Below are positions 17,696-21,174 of a DNA stretch of 21,174 nucleotides, in pieces; positions within the stretch are counted from its first letter, which is position 1; each line of letters opens with the position of its first letter. The stretch covers positions 1-21,174 of the forward strand of contig JBGSTX010000298.1 of NCBI GenBank assembly GCA_041736305.1, in the 5' to 3' direction. This DNA is from Oligoflexus sp. Lineage in GTDB: Bacteria; Bdellovibrionota_B; Oligoflexia; Oligoflexales; Oligoflexaceae. Position numbers and translations under genes: made by a program. The notes beneath the pieces were generated by a model. That model saw only the letters and a program-made list of their open reading frames with translations. It was not told the origin of the DNA and did no database searches.

Positions 17696-19405
17696 ATGAA
17701 AAGGACTTGCAGATGCGTCGCTCGCCTAAGTCTCTCATTCAACTTTCTTTTAGGAACGGCCCAAGCCGAATCTCTTTCTGACGTAAGATCGGCAAGCCCT
17801 CTCGCCTGGATTAAGCAAAGTTTTTCGGACTTGCAACCCGCGGACCCATCATCTCCCCTTGCAGAAAGGCTACAATTCTGGGCAGATCATCTGGATCAGA
17901 TGCTAAGAAAACAGCCTGGAAATAGTGAGCTTATGCGGGAGATACCGCGGCCTCGCGTGCGCCTAATTTTGAACGACGGCCTCAACGCATTCACTAGCAG
18001 CGAAACAGTATGTTACCGCATACCGGTACTCAAGGGCCAAGGTGGAGAAGCTGATCCTAAAACTCTCCGTCTTGTCTCGGTCAGCAATCAGGGGAAGGTC
18101 GGAATCTATTCAAGAGAAGAGGTCGCCTGCCTCGATCTCATGCAAGCGCAAAGGTCAGCCCAGGAGACAGCGGATTTTTATGAAAAGAATCTCGCTGCCG
18201 GATCCTGTAATATTTCAGTCGCGAGCGATACTTTGATCCTCGGCGAAGGCTGTAAAGCGGCGATGGACGACTTCCGAGCTGACGGTATAGTAGTGAATGC
18301 TCTCAGCCCTTGGATTACCATCGAAACCGGTCTTGTCAGGCTTTTTGAAAGAGAATCTCTGCTCGTCTATACGCTCCTGCACGAGCTGGCTCATTTCTAT
18401 CGGGCCCATGGCTCGCTTAACAAAAAAGCTTATGAGTATTTTTATAGGCTCAATGCGTCGACTCATCGGGACCACAAACCCGCGGTTGATGCGCAGCTTG
18501 AATCGTTGGGCGCAAAGGTGCAAGCGCTCCCGGCCTATAGCGTTCAAGCGGTCGAAGGCCAGAGATGGCATTCAGAAATGTTCAGCTACAGTCGCTACGC
18601 ACTCAACTTATTGATCAAACCCACCTGTTCCGCAGAGACATCGTTATGTTTTGTGGCCTGTCGACCATTTCAGCTTCTGATGGACACCCAGATGGCGAGT
18701 CTCGGTCGCTTTCCCCAGACTGTTCTCGATAATGCCGGCGAACAAATTTACTTTGAGTGGGAGAATAATTTCAGCCAATGCCTAGCTGCTATTGATGTCG
18801 ACGGGAACGAAGCGAAACCGAGTACAGCCGTCGTCAGTTGGGAAGCTGCCCAAAAGGTCTTCTGGTGGGGAGAACGCTCATCCAAGCTTATAGACATCGC
18901 TCAAAGCATGAATCAGAAGTACCTTGAAAAGGAGGCCGCAAAAAACCAACTCCTTCAAGCAGCCCTTGATGCAAATTTAGGCTATTACACTAGCGAAGAG
19001 GAAGCCGACCGCCTAGCCCTCAGATGGTTGGCCTGGTTGGGCATTAGCGTAGAAACCAGTTATGAACACTGGCTGACCTATGCAAAGGCCGTCGATGCCT
19101 TTCGACAGCATTCAGATTTTGATTTCTCTTTTAAGAAATGTATCGGACTTTTTGAAGCTGATCCTCGCTGGACAGATGCGGGTCAAGTCGTACCAATTCC
19201 CATCGGAACCTTTGCCGAGCCACATCATAGCAGCTGTTTTCGTGCTTGGCTTATGGAGCGGGAAGTTTCTGCTAACGAGTGGCCATTGGGCCCTTCTCTT
19301 TGGGCGGAAGCAGAAAAGGTAGGTGGACCCTATTTAGAGATGAGACAAAATCTCCTCAGTACTAGACTGCGAATACGGATGCCTCCTCGGCCTCGCCCTT
19401 TCTGA
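17696..19405 (+). CDS. Secreted M48-like (gluzincin) zinc metallopeptidase
   Basis: Signal peptide ending AQA, LNAF, ITIETGLV, LLHELAH (HExxH), EEEADRLA (third-ligand helix) and late HH...R. Confidence 0.75.
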   Translation: MKRTCRCVARLSLSFNFLLGTAQAESLSDVRSASPLAWIKQSFSDLQPADPSSPLAERLQFWADHLDQMLRKQPGNSELMREIPRPRVRLILNDGLNAFTSSETVCYRIPVLKGQGGEADPKTLRLVSVSNQGKVGIYSREEVACLDLMQAQRSAQETADFYEKNLAAGSCNISVASDTLILGEGCKAAMDDFRADGIVVNALSPWITIETGLVRLFERESLLVYTLLHELAHFYRAHGSLNKKAYEYFYRLNASTHRDHKPAVDAQLESLGAKVQALPAYSVQAVEGQRWHSEMFSYSRYALNLLIKPTCSAETSLCFVACRPFQLLMDTQMASLGRFPQTVLDNAGEQIYFEWENNFSQCLAAIDVDGNEAKPSTAVVSWEAAQKVFWWGERSSKLIDIAQSMNQKYLEKEAAKNQLLQAALDANLGYYTSEEEADRLALRWLAWLGISVETSYEHWLTYAKAVDAFRQHSDFDFSFKKCIGLFEADPRWTDAGQVVPIPIGTFAEPHHSSCFRAWLMEREVSANEWPLGPSLWAEAEKVGGPYLEMRQNLLSTRLRIRMPPRPRPF

Positions 19406-19433
19406 GCCTATACAAGCGGGACCCTAAGGATCT

Positions 19434-20735
19434 TTATTCAACAGAAGCTTTCACGTCATGCTGGCTATAATTATCAAAACCGAGCATAGGGATCAGGCCT
19501 TTGGAAATATCAATATGGTTAGGTTGAGCACAATGGTTCGTGTCGACACCGATGGCTGCCTTGAACACGTTCTTCCAATGCTTGGCCGGACAAGCTGATT
19601 CAATGAAGACTTTAACGTCCTTGCCACGGCTATGCGTAGTTTTCAACGAGTAGACCTTGTTCTGGCAGACGTTCGTGCAGCGAGGTAAATTGATCTCATA
19701 GACCTCTTTGCCGTACTTATCCCGAGATCGCTTGACACAACTGCCGCCGCACTTCTGAAAAGCGAGGTTGAGATAATCAAAGTTCGAACTAATCTGGTAG
19801 CCTTTTGCTTTGACATCCTGTATGTCGCTGCTTTCCACATCCTGCACCGTCCAAGGATTGGGGACCGCCACCCAATTGTCAGAACAGCTGACGCCTAGTA
19901 GCCCCTCTGCTGGTGATATGCCTTGGCTTGAATTTAAACCGCTGGGAGGCGGACAGCGATCACTGCTGCTGAAGCGGGAAGGATCGTAAAACGATACTGA
20001 TAGGTTCTTAGACCCAGATGAGGGAGAAGAAGACTGAGAGGAACTGTCGTCTTCCATCAGAGCGACTCGCGCTTCCTCCACTTTTGACACATCTAGATTT
20101 AGGCGGGGAATCAGACCTCGAGAGACCTTGATATGATTTTTGGTTCCGCAATGATTTTCGGCGAGGCCAAGGCTTTCTTTTAAGATACTCTTCCAATTCC
20201 GCCCGGTACAGCCAACCTCAAGAAAAACATTGGCAGATTTGTCGCTTTGATTGGTCTGCATCTTCCAGACTTTGTCAGAGCATACTGATGCGCAAGTGGG
20301 GCGGTTGACTTTATATTTTTCATAACCTTTCTCGTCGTAAGATTTCTTCACACATCTGTCTGGACAGGTCCTATAAGCCAGTCGCAGATAATCGAGCTCG
20401 TTTTGTACGTCCGACGCCTTCGTCCGCACCTCTTTGATGTCAGGGGGACCAAGATCCGACACATCCATAGCATCCGGAACGTCGACCCAGTTGTCGCTGC
20501 AGGTGACGCCAAACATCCCTTCAGCCGGAGAAACGCCCTGGTCAGCAGACAAGCCAGGGGGAGGAGGACAGCGTTTGACGAGCTCTTTCGGATCATAGAA
20601 CGACATCGGAAAGCCGGAACTTATACCCTCAAGCTGGCTTTCCGTTGTTCGGCATCCAACAAAAAAGAAGCTTAAACTGCCCCACGTAGCCAAGAGCCAC
20701 TGCAAGCGGAAAGATTTCAGACGATCAATCATCAC
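19434..20735 (-). CDS. Lipoprotein with two tandem ~185 aa Cys-rich repeats, probably double-psi beta-barrel (expansin/barwin/RlpA-like)
   Basis: Lipobox FVG-C28. Two repeats start SFYDP...RCPPP.GL...QG.SPAEG..GV.CSDNWV and end NHC...NHI..S.GLIP, each with 8 Cys, joined by a Ser-rich linker. Start may be GTG 20735 or ATG 20732. Confidence 0.8.
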   Translation of the reverse strand: MMIDRLKSFRLQWLLATWGSLSFFFVGCRTTESQLEGISSGFPMSFYDPKELVKRCPPPPGLSADQGVSPAEGMFGVTCSDNWVDVPDAMDVSDLGPPDIKEVRTKASDVQNELDYLRLAYRTCPDRCVKKSYDEKGYEKYKVNRPTCASVCSDKVWKMQTNQSDKSANVFLEVGCTGRNWKSILKESLGLAENHCGTKNHIKVSRGLIPRLNLDVSKVEEARVALMEDDSSSQSSSPSSGSKNLSVSFYDPSRFSSSDRCPPPSGLNSSQGISPAEGLLGVSCSDNWVAVPNPWTVQDVESSDIQDVKAKGYQISSNFDYLNLAFQKCGGSCVKRSRDKYGKEVYEINLPRCTNVCQNKVYSLKTTHSRGKDVKVFIESACPAKHWKNVFKAAIGVDTNHCAQPNHIDISKGLIPMLGFDNYSQHDVKASVE

Positions 20736-20959
20736 GTCACTTTCTTTAGGATTCTGTTTGAGTTCTCCGATTAGGACTCGATGCGATGCTTAAACCACTT
20801 TGTATTGATACTAAGCCTTGAGAAATTGTTCGGATCGACTACAAATCAATATTGAGAACTTTGCAAATCTTGTTTCAGGTAAATTATACCATTCATTGAA
20901 CTTGTCGCAAGGTTCTGACTGCAAGTCTCTGCCATGAACAAAAAATGGGCCTCGCCTAT

Positions 20960-21174
20960 GGCGTCGGCCACTCAGTTCTTTGACCTAGCCTTAGACCTTG
21001 CCATTGCCTTGTGCGTGATCGTGATCGTCGGCGCAAGGCCTTTTGCCTTTACCACTTCGGCGAAAACCAAGCATAGGCCTAAAGGTAAAGGGTTGGGCTA
21101 GGATCACGATCACCCCAAAGGCGAAGGCCAAGCCAATGTCAAAGGCTAAGTTTAATTGACCAGTGGCCGACGCC
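20960..21174. repeat. Long imperfect inverted-repeat (fold-back) element with hexamer periodicity; may extend beyond the window
   Basis: Nested reverse-complement pairs around one axis: GGCGTCGGCCACT 20960-72 / 21162-74, TAGCCTT 20986-92 / 21142-48, GTGATCGTGATC 21015-26 / 21102-13 and CCTTTACC 21046-53 / 21084-91. Confidence 0.88.

Noticed and set aside
20960-21174. CRISPR array or tRNA at the right edge
   Set aside because: The repeats are inverted and hexameric, not direct repeats with unique spacers. There is no cloverleaf or T-loop signature and no cas gene.

Overview
A bacterial chromosomal window of roughly 50% GC (by eye) with 16 credible CDSs. I see no rRNA, tRNA, CRISPR array, transposase, integrase or reverse transcriptase. 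Housekeeping and metabolic genes are a Spo0M-family protein, a Tat-exported IorAB-type molybdoenzyme pair, acetate kinase, a DTW tRNA-modification enzyme, a CPA1 antiporter and a DEAD-box helicase. They alternate with nine secreted or lipoprotein genes: a CxxCH protein missing from the ORF track (1-982), an unknown lipoprotein, an orphan CdtB-like protein, an S1 protease, a QKDV-repeat lipoprotein, an Ig-like/Ca-binding surface protein, an FGE/C-type-lectin-fold lipoprotein, an M48-like metallopeptidase and a tandem Cys-rich lipoprotein. This gene mix suggests Bdellovibrionota (Oligoflexia-like), which is an inference only. The strongest leads are (1) the stand-alone CdtB homologue, which keeps both catalytic His but has lost metal-binding acidic residues; (2) the lipoprotein with two probable double-psi beta-barrel (expansin/barwin/RlpA-like) repeats, only one keeping the HxD Asp; (3) a ~215 bp hexamer-periodic long inverted-repeat element at the right edge; and (4) a perfect 30 bp palindrome plus sigma28-like promoters ahead of lipoprotein genes. 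All family calls come from motif recognition by eye, with no database searches. I cannot establish a coherent novel multi-gene system from the sequence alone.
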